64,000 nucleotides of DNA, taken from positions 50,831-114,830 of the forward strand of contig CAZUSA010000001.1 in assembly GCA_964622835.1 (NCBI GenBank). The letters are read 5' to 3'. Every line of letters starts with the position of its first letter. Position 1 is the first letter of the stretch. Of this stretch, positions 46,217-55,575 are shown in pieces. Below the pieces are notes generated by a model. That model worked only from the letters and a program-made list of their open reading frames with translations. It was not told the DNA's origin and searched no databases. Origin of the DNA: Candidatus Woesearchaeota archaeon. GTDB lineage: Archaea > Nanobdellota > Nanobdellia > SCGC-AAA011-G17 > UBA489. The translations under genes were made by a program, and so were the position numbers.

Positions 46217-47194
46217 TTAGTATTCCACCACTGTTTTTATTGCATTAACAATACGGTGTTGTTCTGGTAAGTAATGGTTTTCATTTTGGAAGTATGGGAA
46301 AACAGTATCGAAACCTGTAACACGAACAACAGGTGCTTCTAAATATAATAATGCTCGCTCATTAATGCGTGCTATAATTTCTGCACCAACACCACATGTT
46401 CGTGGTCCTTCATGAACGATAACACAGCGTCCTGTTTTTTTAACTGATGTAATAATAGTTTCTGTGTCTAATGGTTTGATACTGCGTAAGTCTATAATTT
46501 CACAACTGATGTTCTCTGCTTTGACTGCTTCTGCTGCACGTTGTGCTTCACGTACCATCGCACCATATGCTATGATCGTAACGTTCGTTCCTTCTTGCAC
46601 GATGTTTGCTTTACCAAAAGGTATAGTGTATTCTTTTGTTGGAACGTCTTGTTTTATTGCTCTGTAAATACGCTTGGGTTCCATAAAAATAACAGGATCG
46701 TCTGATTTGATGGCTGTTGCTAGTAAGCCTTTAGCATCATAGGGTGTACTAGGAATAATAACTTGGAGTCCTGGTATATGTGCAAATAAACTTTCCATAC
46801 TTTCACTGTGATGTTCTAATGCACGAATACCACCACTGTATGGCATGCGCACGATTAATGGACAGGTATATCGTCCTCGTGATCTATTACGTATGCGTGA
46901 TGCGTGGGAAATAAGTTGTTGGAATGCTGGATACATAAAACCACTAAATTGCATTTCTGCTATAGGTCGTAAACCCGCTGCTGCCATACCAATAGATGTT
47001 CCAACAATGCCATTTTCACTTAAGGGTGTATCAACAACTCTGTCAGTACCATATTTTTTTTGTAAACCTGCTGTTACTCTAAAGACGCCACCTTCTTTTC
47101 CAACGTCTTCTCCCAAGACAATAATACGTTTATCTTTTGCCATTGCTTGGTGTAATGTTTGGTTTATGGCATCAACCATATTTACAACAGTCAT
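46217..47194 (-). CDS. pdhB: 2-oxoacid (pyruvate) dehydrogenase E1 beta subunit
   Basis: Transketolase-like Pyr and C-terminal domains. Begins immediately after E2 start and overlaps the lplA end by 4 nt. Confidence 0.85.
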   Translation of the reverse strand: MTVVNMVDAINQTLHQAMAKDKRIIVLGEDVGKEGGVFRVTAGLQKKYGTDRVVDTPLSENGIVGTSIGMAAAGLRPIAEMQFSGFMYPAFQQLISHASRIRNRSRGRYTCPLIVRMPYSGGIRALEHHSESMESLFAHIPGLQVIIPSTPYDAKGLLATAIKSDDPVIFMEPKRIYRAIKQDVPTKEYTIPFGKANIVQEGTNVTIIAYGAMVREAQRAAEAVKAENISCEIIDLRSIKPLDTETIITSVKKTGRCVIVHEGPRTCGVGAEIIARINERALLYLEAPVVRVTGFDTVFPYFQNENHYLPEQHRIVNAIKTVVEY

Positions 47195-48057
47195 AATGGC
47201 ACCACCTGTTCTGTGTCATGAGTTGAAAATGGATCTTTCATAAGTCCTGCAACATAACAGATATATGCTCTTTTTTTTCCTGAAGAAAGATGTTCTGCAT
47301 TTGCATAGGTTGATTCTACTAATGTTTGTGCTTCTCGTAATTCAAACCCTGTTACATCTTTTACATGTTTATTTGGAAAGAGTTCTTGTAGTGCTAATGG
47401 AAAAGCAGTTGGATTACCCTGTGGCCAATTATGAAGTGTGGTAACATGTTTATCCCATAGTGTTCGTTCTTCACCACTTGCTTCAAGAAGATCAAACGTT
47501 TCATCAGTGTAAGGTTGTACAAGGATACCTCCTTGGTGCAAATATGCTTTAGTTCCCATACGTTTTGCTGTTCCTGCAAGTATTCGTTTTGTTTCACCAT
47601 CATCTATACGAACTGATGTATTGCCAAGACACACGCCATCATAGCCTGACTGCTGTAATGCTTCAACGACCAAGGTGTTAAAATGGTGATAGCCTTGAAT
47701 AGGGTCTCTCCCATGGAAAAGATTCATGGGACAGACTAATGAAAATTGCATGTCATCTGAGCCATAGAACATGTGTCCCCCACCAGTATCTCGTTGTGTT
47801 ATGTCCACACCATATTGTTCTGCAAGTGCATCATTAACATATCCTTTTCTTTGTTGATTCCATCCTAAGATGACAGCTGGTTTAGAAAATTGATGTGTTC
47901 GTACAATGGGATGTACTTCTATCCCTTGTTTTATTTCTCGTTCTACACGCCGAAGTAATACTCTGTCTATAGCTAAAGATAATGCTGCACTGTCCCCTGT
48001 ACGATGAGGTACAACACGCACGTCACCTAAGCGTTCAATAATTGATTCCAAGCTCAC
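47191..48057 (-). CDS. lplA: Lipoate-protein ligase A
   Basis: BPL/LplA catalytic region ...GTKAYLHQGGILV... (compare RKISGSAQ...LHHGTLL). Embedded between E1alpha and E1beta with 4-nt overlaps. Confidence 0.6.
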   Translation of the reverse strand: MSLESIIERLGDVRVVPHRTGDSAALSLAIDRVLLRRVEREIKQGIEVHPIVRTHQFSKPAVILGWNQQRKGYVNDALAEQYGVDITQRDTGGGHMFYGSDDMQFSLVCPMNLFHGRDPIQGYHHFNTLVVEALQQSGYDGVCLGNTSVRIDDGETKRILAGTAKRMGTKAYLHQGGILVQPYTDETFDLLEASGEERTLWDKHVTTLHNWPQGNPTAFPLALQELFPNKHVKDVTGFELREAQTLVESTYANAEHLSSGKKRAYICYVAGLMKDPFSTHDTEQVVPL

Positions 48058-49139
48058 GCACCTTCCTCCTTGGATTCGAATTGTTTCAAGTAGTCCTGTT
48101 GTTCTCGTAAGTCTTGTGGCATGTCTTTGTACATGTAAGTAAACATGTCATCTATTTTCAAGTGCATGCCTTCTGCTTTTTTTACTGCATCTTCTACTTT
48201 TTGTGTTGCCCATGCTTGTATTTTTTCTTCGTAGGCTTTATTCCAGTAGCCTAAACTCAGTAAGTATTTTTGGAAGCGTCGTATGGGTTCTTGTTGTTGC
48301 CATGTTTTTACTTCTTTATCACTGCGATATAATGTTGGATCATCTGCGGATGTGTGGGGTCCTAGCCGATATGTTAATGCTTCTACTAACGTCGGACCCT
48401 TACCACTGCGTGCTTTGGCAAGTGCTTCTTTTATCACAACGTATAATGCTAAGGGATCATTACCGTCTACACGTATTCCCTCAAATCCGTATGCATAGGC
48501 TTTTTCTGCTATCGTAGCTGATGCGGTTTGGTGACTAAATTGTGTTGATATGGCATATTGATTGTTTTGACAGACAAGAACACTATTTGTTTTAAACACG
48601 CCTGCAAAGTTCATGGCTTCGTGAAAGTCTCCTTCTGATGTTGCACCATCTCCAAAGAATCCTACGCTACATGTTTTTTCTTTTTTTATTTTGAATGCCC
48701 ATCCTGCTCCAACGGCATGTAATGCTTGACTGCCAACCGGTACAGATATAGTAAAATTATTAACGTCTTTTGGCATGCGGTTGCCTTCTTCGTTTCCCAT
48801 GAAGACTAAGTAAAATAAGTGTGGTGGCATGCCACGATACATCATAGCTGCGTGTTCTCTAAAGGATGGAAATAACCAATCTTTTTGTTCCATGGCTGCA
48901 GCAACGCCAACTTGTGCTTCTTGTCCGGTTAGTTGTGCAAAGGTTCCCATGCGTCCACTACGTTGTAACTTGACTGCTTTTTCGTCAACAAGTCGTGCAA
49001 GCACCATGTATTCATAAATCTTAAGAAGATCTGCTTTCTTTAGTTTGGGAAGATCTTTTTTGTTAACAACCTTGCCGGTCTTATCGAGTATACGAAAGAT
49101 TTTTCCTTTTCTTGGATCATTACTTGTTATGACGCTCAC
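48054..49139 (-). CDS. pdhA: 2-oxoacid (pyruvate) dehydrogenase E1 alpha subunit (TPP-binding)
   Basis: TPP-binding GDGATSEGDFHEAMNFA motif. 361 aa. Confidence 0.85.
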   Translation of the reverse strand: MSVITSNDPRKGKIFRILDKTGKVVNKKDLPKLKKADLLKIYEYMVLARLVDEKAVKLQRSGRMGTFAQLTGQEAQVGVAAAMEQKDWLFPSFREHAAMMYRGMPPHLFYLVFMGNEEGNRMPKDVNNFTISVPVGSQALHAVGAGWAFKIKKEKTCSVGFFGDGATSEGDFHEAMNFAGVFKTNSVLVCQNNQYAISTQFSHQTASATIAEKAYAYGFEGIRVDGNDPLALYVVIKEALAKARSGKGPTLVEALTYRLGPHTSADDPTLYRSDKEVKTWQQQEPIRRFQKYLLSLGYWNKAYEEKIQAWATQKVEDAVKKAEGMHLKIDDMFTYMYKDMPQDLREQQDYLKQFESKEEGA

Positions 49140-49160
49140 TGAATCACCTCTTGATTATAA

Positions 49161-49430
49161 TTAGGCTGTTGCCCATGCTTTGAGTTTGTCGTAGTCCATG
49201 TTGCCACAGACCCATTGATTGTTTTTTTCGTTGTAAAAGAAGGGTACACCACCACATTTTCCATCATCTAATTTTTTTAGTTTGGCCATATTTTGGTCAT
49301 TATGCCAGACTTCCACTTGTTCGATGTGAACAGTTTCTTCTTTTTCTAATCGTTCTATGAGGGGCATCATCTCGTGACAATGCGTACATTCTGTACCATA
49401 GAACATGAGTAAGTGTGTTTCGTTAGCCAT
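49161..49430 (-). CDS. Glutaredoxin/thioredoxin-like small protein (CxxC)
   Basis: YGTECTHCHEMMP active-site CTHC. 89 aa. Directly upstream of E1alpha on the same strand. Confidence 0.55.
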   Translation of the reverse strand: MANETHLLMFYGTECTHCHEMMPLIERLEKEETVHIEQVEVWHNDQNMAKLKKLDDGKCGGVPFFYNEKNNQWVCGNMDYDKLKAWATA

Positions 49431-49532
49431 AGTAAATCATCTCCTTTTAGTAAGAGAAAGGGGTTAGAGGGACTATTTAAAGGTTGAGTTGAAGCATTGT
49501 CTATATTTAGTGACTTCCATGGATTAGTTACC

Positions 49533-51431
49533 TTAGACAATCCTATATTTAAAGAAGTAAGCATCAATAACCCCGCCAGGCTGACCACTAGGCAAATTTC
49601 CTTGAACATCTGAAGAAGCAATAATAATATATCTTTTTCCATCAAGGGTAACAATTCTTGGAAAGCCAGATGTTCTATCCCATTCTGGATCTCCTGCAAC
49701 AACTTCTGTTTCGATAAGGTCTGTTAAAACAATCCATTTATGGTTTTGAACAAGAACGTCTGTATTATCCCATTTCAAAATACGAAGACAATTACCCGCA
49801 CATTCAGGGATAGTACTTGATGCGCCAACAATATAAAGATCGCCCGTAAGTGTATCTTCTATTAAAAAATTATGAACAGCAATATCAAGACCAGCACCAG
49901 CAGTTAAAGGTACACGAATTTCTTCATCACCTGTTGTTAAATCTTTTCTAACATAGTGGATATTTCCACCGCTAGAGAATGTCATATGAATTTTTGAGTC
50001 AGTAACAAGCAATGAACTAATTGCACCACCAACATTACAGGACATTATTTCTGCACCAGGATATCCCGTGTCAGTACAAACAAATCCTTGATAGTTATTT
50101 ACAGGATAGGGTGTTGTAATAATACTGTTATCACTTTTTCTCCAAATTAGTGACGCACCATTTGTCACCATATCACCAACATTATTAGAACGGAGATATA
50201 ACACAGCATCATTACTTTGTCCAGGATCTGTTTGTGTATTGTAGATAAGATGGATGTTACCAGATTCATCAACTGCAAGACCGTGTCTATGTGCATTTAT
50301 GTTAACACCTCCACCCAAGCTAGCAGAAAGTGCAATGTCTGAAGAGTCAATAAAGTTGCCATTAGTGTCCACGGTTAAAACATTTAAAGCGGGACTATTC
50401 AAAGCAGGATCATTATATCTTCTTGAAAAGTGGAGGACATCATACACCGGATTATATTTCATAGACCATTTAGAACCCATATTGCTCATGCAGGTATCTA
50501 AAATGAGTATAAACAAATTTCCTTGAAAGGGATCAAATCGTAAATGTCTCACACAATTCCCATTGGCAGTATCTCTCCCCATAGCATGAATTCTTCCAAG
50601 ATAATCTGTTGCAAGAACTGGTGGTTGACTCGTTTCCCAATCATCAAAGGCAATAGACCATGTTTCACCTGCATCATCGCTTTCCATAATTTTTGCCCTA
50701 AATGGTTTTAAGCCATCACCGTCATCATCATCATATATTCCTACAAATAATTGTTGTCCTGATTTTGCAAATCGTTGATTGAAGGATCCAAAAACTCCTG
50801 AAACAGAAAAGCCAGGTGAAGGTAATGTTGCATCAAATTTTGTAAAATAAAAGGTCTCTCCTTCAGAGACAGGACAGTCAATAACACAATTTATATCATT
50901 TTCTCCAATTTCACAAATACCATTACCACACATAGTAGGAAGGGGATTACCTTGTTGCTGTTGTGTTGTTACGAAACAGTCAAGAGCACAACGTCCTATT
51001 TCTTCATCGGCACAGTGGTCATCACCACAAACAATGGGTTGGCAAATATTGTATGGCGGATAGGATAATGATTTATCACAGTAAAAACCAGTCGGACAAT
51101 ACGCACCTACAGCATCTCCGCAAAGACATTGACAACCATTATTTTCAGTATAACTTATACAAAAGTTAAAAGGATATTGTCCACCAGTTGTAAATGGACA
51201 GTTGAGATCTGGAACAGTAAACAAAGATCCTGTATCACAGCTTTCTCCTTTATCAACAGTACCATCACCACAGCTACTTGTTCCTGCAAACGTTGGATTA
51301 ACAACAGGTAATTGTTTAACAATAGGTTGTCCTGTTAATTCACCATTACCAAAAAACATTGCTACAGCAAAAACAAGCACTAGCGTTACAACAAAACCTC
51401 TTTTTTCCATTAGTTTTACTATAGTGGCCAT
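49533..51431 (-). CDS. Secreted/membrane-anchored protein with Cys-rich CGDG...GE-CD repeats and BNR (Asp-box) beta-propeller-like region
   Basis: N-terminal TM FVVTLVLVFAVAMFF. SSCGDGTVDKGESCD and MCGNGICEIGEND Cys-rich repeats. Asp-box SDDAGETW. Confidence 0.5.
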   Translation of the reverse strand: MATIVKLMEKRGFVVTLVLVFAVAMFFGNGELTGQPIVKQLPVVNPTFAGTSSCGDGTVDKGESCDTGSLFTVPDLNCPFTTGGQYPFNFCISYTENNGCQCLCGDAVGAYCPTGFYCDKSLSYPPYNICQPIVCGDDHCADEEIGRCALDCFVTTQQQQGNPLPTMCGNGICEIGENDINCVIDCPVSEGETFYFTKFDATLPSPGFSVSGVFGSFNQRFAKSGQQLFVGIYDDDDGDGLKPFRAKIMESDDAGETWSIAFDDWETSQPPVLATDYLGRIHAMGRDTANGNCVRHLRFDPFQGNLFILILDTCMSNMGSKWSMKYNPVYDVLHFSRRYNDPALNSPALNVLTVDTNGNFIDSSDIALSASLGGGVNINAHRHGLAVDESGNIHLIYNTQTDPGQSNDAVLYLRSNNVGDMVTNGASLIWRKSDNSIITTPYPVNNYQGFVCTDTGYPGAEIMSCNVGGAISSLLVTDSKIHMTFSSGGNIHYVRKDLTTGDEEIRVPLTAGAGLDIAVHNFLIEDTLTGDLYIVGASSTIPECAGNCLRILKWDNTDVLVQNHKWIVLTDLIETEVVAGDPEWDRTSGFPRIVTLDGKRYIIIASSDVQGNLPSGQPGGVIDAYFFKYRIV

Positions 51432-51441
51432 TCTTTAAAAG

Positions 51442-52152
51442 CTATCGTTTAGCCATCCCCCATAATAATTGAAAATAATTTCTGTATCCTTCTGCTATGT
51501 CTTTTTCATGGATAACAATGGCAAAGGGTCGTTCTTTACTCCAGTGAATAATAGCAACTTTATCACCGTAGATGTTCATGGCTGCAGGATTTTGAAATGC
51601 TTTTGGCAAGTATTTTATTGTAACGTTATGAAGATTTCTCCGTTTTCGATTATCTTCTGTGTATAATAATTTCATGGGTAAACATTGTTTTTCTCGTCGT
51701 TTGTTAAAGTGATGGATATAATATTTCATCATGGTTTCTGCAACGGGTGATGCACCTAAGACTAAGATTTCTTTATCTGTTATCAATTGATCTTCGAAAA
51801 TAGTTTTTAATCCGTTTTTTCCTTTGAAGAATAATGTTTCTTGTTTTGCAACGACTGCCTTATACTTTGTTTGTAGTTGTGGCATGATGGTATCTAAAGA
51901 TGCTTCTTTTTCATCAAGTAATTTTTTTAAGAAACTTGGATCGACGGCTTCGAAGTGTTTTCTGTTGTTTTTAGAAATATATCCTACGAGTCCTTTTTCA
52001 CTTAACCTCGCCGTAGCATCGTACACAGATCGCCGATGAATACCTGCTTTTCGTGCGATGATTCCTGCTGTCGAAGGACCTAACCGTAATAGCGTTAAGT
52101 AGATTTCTGCTTCTGTGGTTGTTAGGCCAAGGTTTTCTAGGACGGCACGCAT
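51442..52152 (-). CDS. trmB: TrmB-family transcriptional regulator
   Basis: N-terminal wHTH LGLTTTEAEIYLTLLRLGPSTAGIIARKAGIHRRSVYDATARLSEKGLVGY. Confidence 0.8.
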   Translation of the reverse strand: MRAVLENLGLTTTEAEIYLTLLRLGPSTAGIIARKAGIHRRSVYDATARLSEKGLVGYISKNNRKHFEAVDPSFLKKLLDEKEASLDTIMPQLQTKYKAVVAKQETLFFKGKNGLKTIFEDQLITDKEILVLGASPVAETMMKYYIHHFNKRREKQCLPMKLLYTEDNRKRRNLHNVTIKYLPKAFQNPAAMNIYGDKVAIIHWSKERPFAIVIHEKDIAEGYRNYFQLLWGMAKR

Positions 52153-52263
52153 AGTTCTTTACACCCTTTAAGATATATAACTATTGTGGTAATGAACTGC
52201 ACCACATTTTTTCTTTAATTACCCTACCTACAAACACCCTATCAAAGAATAGGAGGAACGACA

Positions 52264-52746
52264 ATGAAACGTTCACCATTAGAAACAACAATACGCAACA
52301 TGGTTGCATGCGACATATTAGCTAAACCACTATCAAGTTTAGGACAAAAAGCAAAGAGGCGACGAGATAAACTCGCTCATCGAGCACAAGGATATATAGG
52401 TCAAGCCAGTAAGTTAACAAGAGCATTTGCACGTATTGAAGAAACAGAACAAGAAAAAGCAAGAACATTAACAGAAGGTATTAAGGTCTTTAAAGACCAA
52501 CACCCTCGTTCAGGCAAGATTCTTGAAAGTTTAATTGCTGAAACACGTGCAGAACGATGTAATGAATTAACCTATGGTATTAATATAAATGCAACATTAG
52601 GTGTTGCAGATTACCGTTCAGTAATGACTGATTTAGGTTTAACCGCGAGAGAAGCTGATGCCATGTATGGACATATTATTGATATTGGCGATCGATTAGG
52701 AAAACCAGACCAATATGAGGAGAGGAGTATTCTTCTCTCGTCCTAA
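52264..52746 (+). CDS. Hypothetical protein (160 aa)
   Basis: ORF only. Arg codons AGA/CGA-rich, similar to the GGDEF gene. Confidence 0.35.
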   Translation: MKRSPLETTIRNMVACDILAKPLSSLGQKAKRRRDKLAHRAQGYIGQASKLTRAFARIEETEQEKARTLTEGIKVFKDQHPRSGKILESLIAETRAERCNELTYGININATLGVADYRSVMTDLGLTAREADAMYGHIIDIGDRLGKPDQYEERSILLSS

Positions 52747-53040
52747 TTATTTAAACGTAGACATATTTTTTGACAATTTCACAAACGGAAAGGGTCGTTG
52801 ATTACTCATAAACGTAATATATCGTAAGAATACATAGACTTGTGTGTTCCACATTTCACAGAGTAATGCAAGGTCTTTATGGCGTTTACCAGTAAAGAGT
52901 GTAATAATAAAGTTAATAACCATAAAGAGTTGGATAACTGCTTTCCACAATCCTAAGATAATGCCTGAAACGACAACGACAACAATACGCATAAGCGCTT
53001 CCACACGTTCAATTTCTTTTTTGGCCACTCTTTTTGCCAT
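52747..53040 (-). CDS. Small membrane protein (97 aa), hypothetical
   Basis: Two hydrophobic helices (IVVVVVSGIILGLW..., LFMVINFIITLF). Confidence 0.3.
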   Translation of the reverse strand: MAKRVAKKEIERVEALMRIVVVVVSGIILGLWKAVIQLFMVINFIITLFTGKRHKDLALLCEMWNTQVYVFLRYITFMSNQRPFPFVKLSKNMSTFK

Positions 53041-53155
53041 AGAACAACGATAAAAAGGCTCTTTTTAAAGGTTCGTATAGCCATTAAAAAAGCGTAACAA
53101 AAGAGTTATAAACCAAAAAAATGCTTTTCTAACCTAGAGGTTTGAGTCCACTACA

Positions 53156-53701
53156 ATGGTTTTACGGAACAAAATTCGAAATCTTCAAATGTTCGGTATG
53201 AACAATCGAAAAACACCTCTATCAAGAATATTCACCTGGTTTATTGTTCTCGTAGTGTTTGTTGGTGTTGGAAAATTTTTGATTCCTAGTGGCGAACCAT
53301 CTCTTACTGGCCAAGTTATTACTGATATACCACAAGAAGTACCAATAGCAAAATCACTTACAGCAGATACGACAGAAGAAGAAACAATCGAAGACAGCAC
53401 ACAAGAAGACATAGAAGATGAAGAAGACTATGAAGTTTATGAGTATTACGAGTATGGGGGAGAATGCTCAAAGAATATTAAGACTTCAGAAAAGGATGTT
53501 GAATCTATTTCATTATACATTGACGACAGAAAAGATACCTATAAAACATTAAAGGAAGAATATAATCAAAAGCTTGATGATTTGCGTGACCAATATGAAA
53601 TTCCTATTGAAAACGCAAAACAAGAGTATGAAAACGAACAAGGTGCATTAATAGATGCACAAAACACGTTGCAAGAGTTGCAAGAAGTGTGTTCATTTTA
53701 A
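53156..53701 (+). CDS. Membrane-anchored acidic protein with Tyr/Glu-rich segment and coiled-coil tail
   Basis: TM IFTWFIVLVVFVGVGKFLI, then E/D/T-rich region and YEVYEYYEYGGE. Confidence 0.4.
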   Translation: MVLRNKIRNLQMFGMNNRKTPLSRIFTWFIVLVVFVGVGKFLIPSGEPSLTGQVITDIPQEVPIAKSLTADTTEEETIEDSTQEDIEDEEDYEVYEYYEYGGECSKNIKTSEKDVESISLYIDDRKDTYKTLKEEYNQKLDDLRDQYEIPIENAKQEYENEQGALIDAQNTLQELQEVCSF

Positions 53702-53736
53702 AAAGAGGTTGATGCATTGGTCGGAGGGATCATACC

Positions 53737-54237
53737 ATGAACCAAACAGAAAAAAAGTTATATACAGCATTGGGAGTTGTCTTAGTACTAACCATTCTAC
53801 TTAGTGTGTTTAGTTTTGGCGTAATGGCAAGTGAACCAAAGAGTTCTGTTGTTGCAAACCAAATTAATGTTCTCAACGTACCCGCTGCACAAAGTACAGG
53901 CAAATTAACACAAAATTTAGGCCAGTCATTAAAGGAACAACAAAAGAAGAATCCTGCGACGGTTACGAATAATTATAAGATTGATATTAAAGAAACCCAT
54001 TATAGTGGGAAATACGCTACTAACGGGTATTATTCTAGTCATAAATACTACAACAAGAATAAGTACAATAAACATAACAACCACTATTCTAAGTATGGTT
54101 CAAACAGGTATTACTACCCGCAAGCGTACTACAAACCAAACTACTACCACAGCTATAACCCGTATGGATATCAATCATACAATGGATATTATGGCTACAA
54201 GAAGCATATGAACTATGCGATTGGTAAAGGCTGGTAG
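53737..54237 (+). CDS. Secreted Tyr/Asn/Lys-rich low-complexity protein
   Basis: Signal anchor LYTALGVVLVLTILLSVFSFGVMA. C-terminal 90 aa about 30% Tyr (YYSSHKYYNKNKYNKHNNHYSKYG...YYGYKK). Confidence 0.4.
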   Translation: MNQTEKKLYTALGVVLVLTILLSVFSFGVMASEPKSSVVANQINVLNVPAAQSTGKLTQNLGQSLKEQQKKNPATVTNNYKIDIKETHYSGKYATNGYYSSHKYYNKNKYNKHNNHYSKYGSNRYYYPQAYYKPNYYHSYNPYGYQSYNGYYGYKKHMNYAIGKGW

Positions 54238-54363
54238 ACAGCTATTTAAATCAGATTCTCTGCCGAATTAAAGAGGTGAAGATCTATCGTTAGTAAGAGT
54301 GCTATTAATTATGCCCAAGAGTTATTACGTCGTGGGTTTACAGAGGATGCTGCTCGGCAAGTA

Positions 54364-55575
54364 TTGTTATCTCGTGGTTTAACCAGCAAGGAAGTTACTG
54401 ATGCATTAAATGGGCGTAGTAGCAAGAAGAAAACAATGGGTTTGCCAATGATGATTGGTATTGCTGTTGTGTTATTATTATTCCTCATTCCTGTGATGTA
54501 TCTTGCAAAACAAACAACAAGTCAAGATGTGAGCACTACTGTTACCAACGATGTTAGTGGAAATACTAACCCAACCTATCCTGTTCCGGATACGACAACA
54601 CTACAGTGCATTATTAATGATGAGTGTTTATTTAATGAATGGTGTAGCGACGGTGTCTGCCTCCCATTAACCTGTACTGATTGTGAAGATCTTATTGATC
54701 ACATGTGTCAACCAATTATTTGTGATGACGACGACATATGCACTGATGATCTCTGTAGTGAAGGCGCATGTATTCATCCAATAAATGCTGCATGTCAACA
54801 AACAAATACAACCAATGATGAGTGTGTAACTGATTTAGATTGTGCTGACGGTAATCTCGACACGATTGATACCTGTATTCTTCTCGGTGAAAATCAATCA
54901 ACAATCTGTAATCATGCTATCCCAAGTTGTATACCTAATGATAATATTTGTGGAACGAACTGTACGGTACTTGATGATAATGATTGTGAACCAATTTGTG
55001 GTAATGGTGTTATTGAAAATGATGAAGAGTGTGACGGTGCCTGTCCTGTAACAGTGAATGATTGTCAAGATAATAGCACGTGTTCAGTAAAGACATTGTT
55101 AGGTTCGGCTAGTTTGTGTACGGCAGAGTGTGTGTTCACAGAAATAGTTAGTTGTACATCAAGTGATGGTTGTTGTCCTACAGGGTGTGTTTATGCAACG
55201 GATAATGATTGCGAACCTTCCAGCACATTACTAGCTACAGGGAGTTTTACAACAGTACAACGAACAACATTAGGATCTGTTGAAAAGTATGCTATTGAAG
55301 ATGGTTCAACACATATTGTCTTTGATGCTTCATTTTCCATAGCAAATACGAATATTGAGCCAGCAGTAAAAGTATACTTAGCTGTACAACAAGTAGTAAC
55401 ATCAAAAGAAACCTTAGATGCAGGTAATTATTTTATTGGTGAATTACAAGCTGTTGGTGGAGCACAAACATATCCTTTGGGTATTATTGATACAAGTGGG
55501 TACAACAGTGTTGTTATCTATCATGAAACATATAATGCTATTTTAACGTATGCAACGTTGGCGGATGTACCATGA
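54364..55575 (+). CDS. Secreted cysteine-rich repeat protein (CGNG...EECD-type repeats)
   Basis: TM PMMIGIAVVLLLFLIPVMYL. More than 40 Cys in 200 aa, including CGNGVIENDEECDGAC. Confidence 0.5.
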   Translation: MLSRGLTSKEVTDALNGRSSKKKTMGLPMMIGIAVVLLLFLIPVMYLAKQTTSQDVSTTVTNDVSGNTNPTYPVPDTTTLQCIINDECLFNEWCSDGVCLPLTCTDCEDLIDHMCQPIICDDDDICTDDLCSEGACIHPINAACQQTNTTNDECVTDLDCADGNLDTIDTCILLGENQSTICNHAIPSCIPNDNICGTNCTVLDDNDCEPICGNGVIENDEECDGACPVTVNDCQDNSTCSVKTLLGSASLCTAECVFTEIVSCTSSDGCCPTGCVYATDNDCEPSSTLLATGSFTTVQRTTLGSVEKYAIEDGSTHIVFDASFSIANTNIEPAVKVYLAVQQVVTSKETLDAGNYFIGELQAVGGAQTYPLGIIDTSGYNSVVIYHETYNAILTYATLADVP

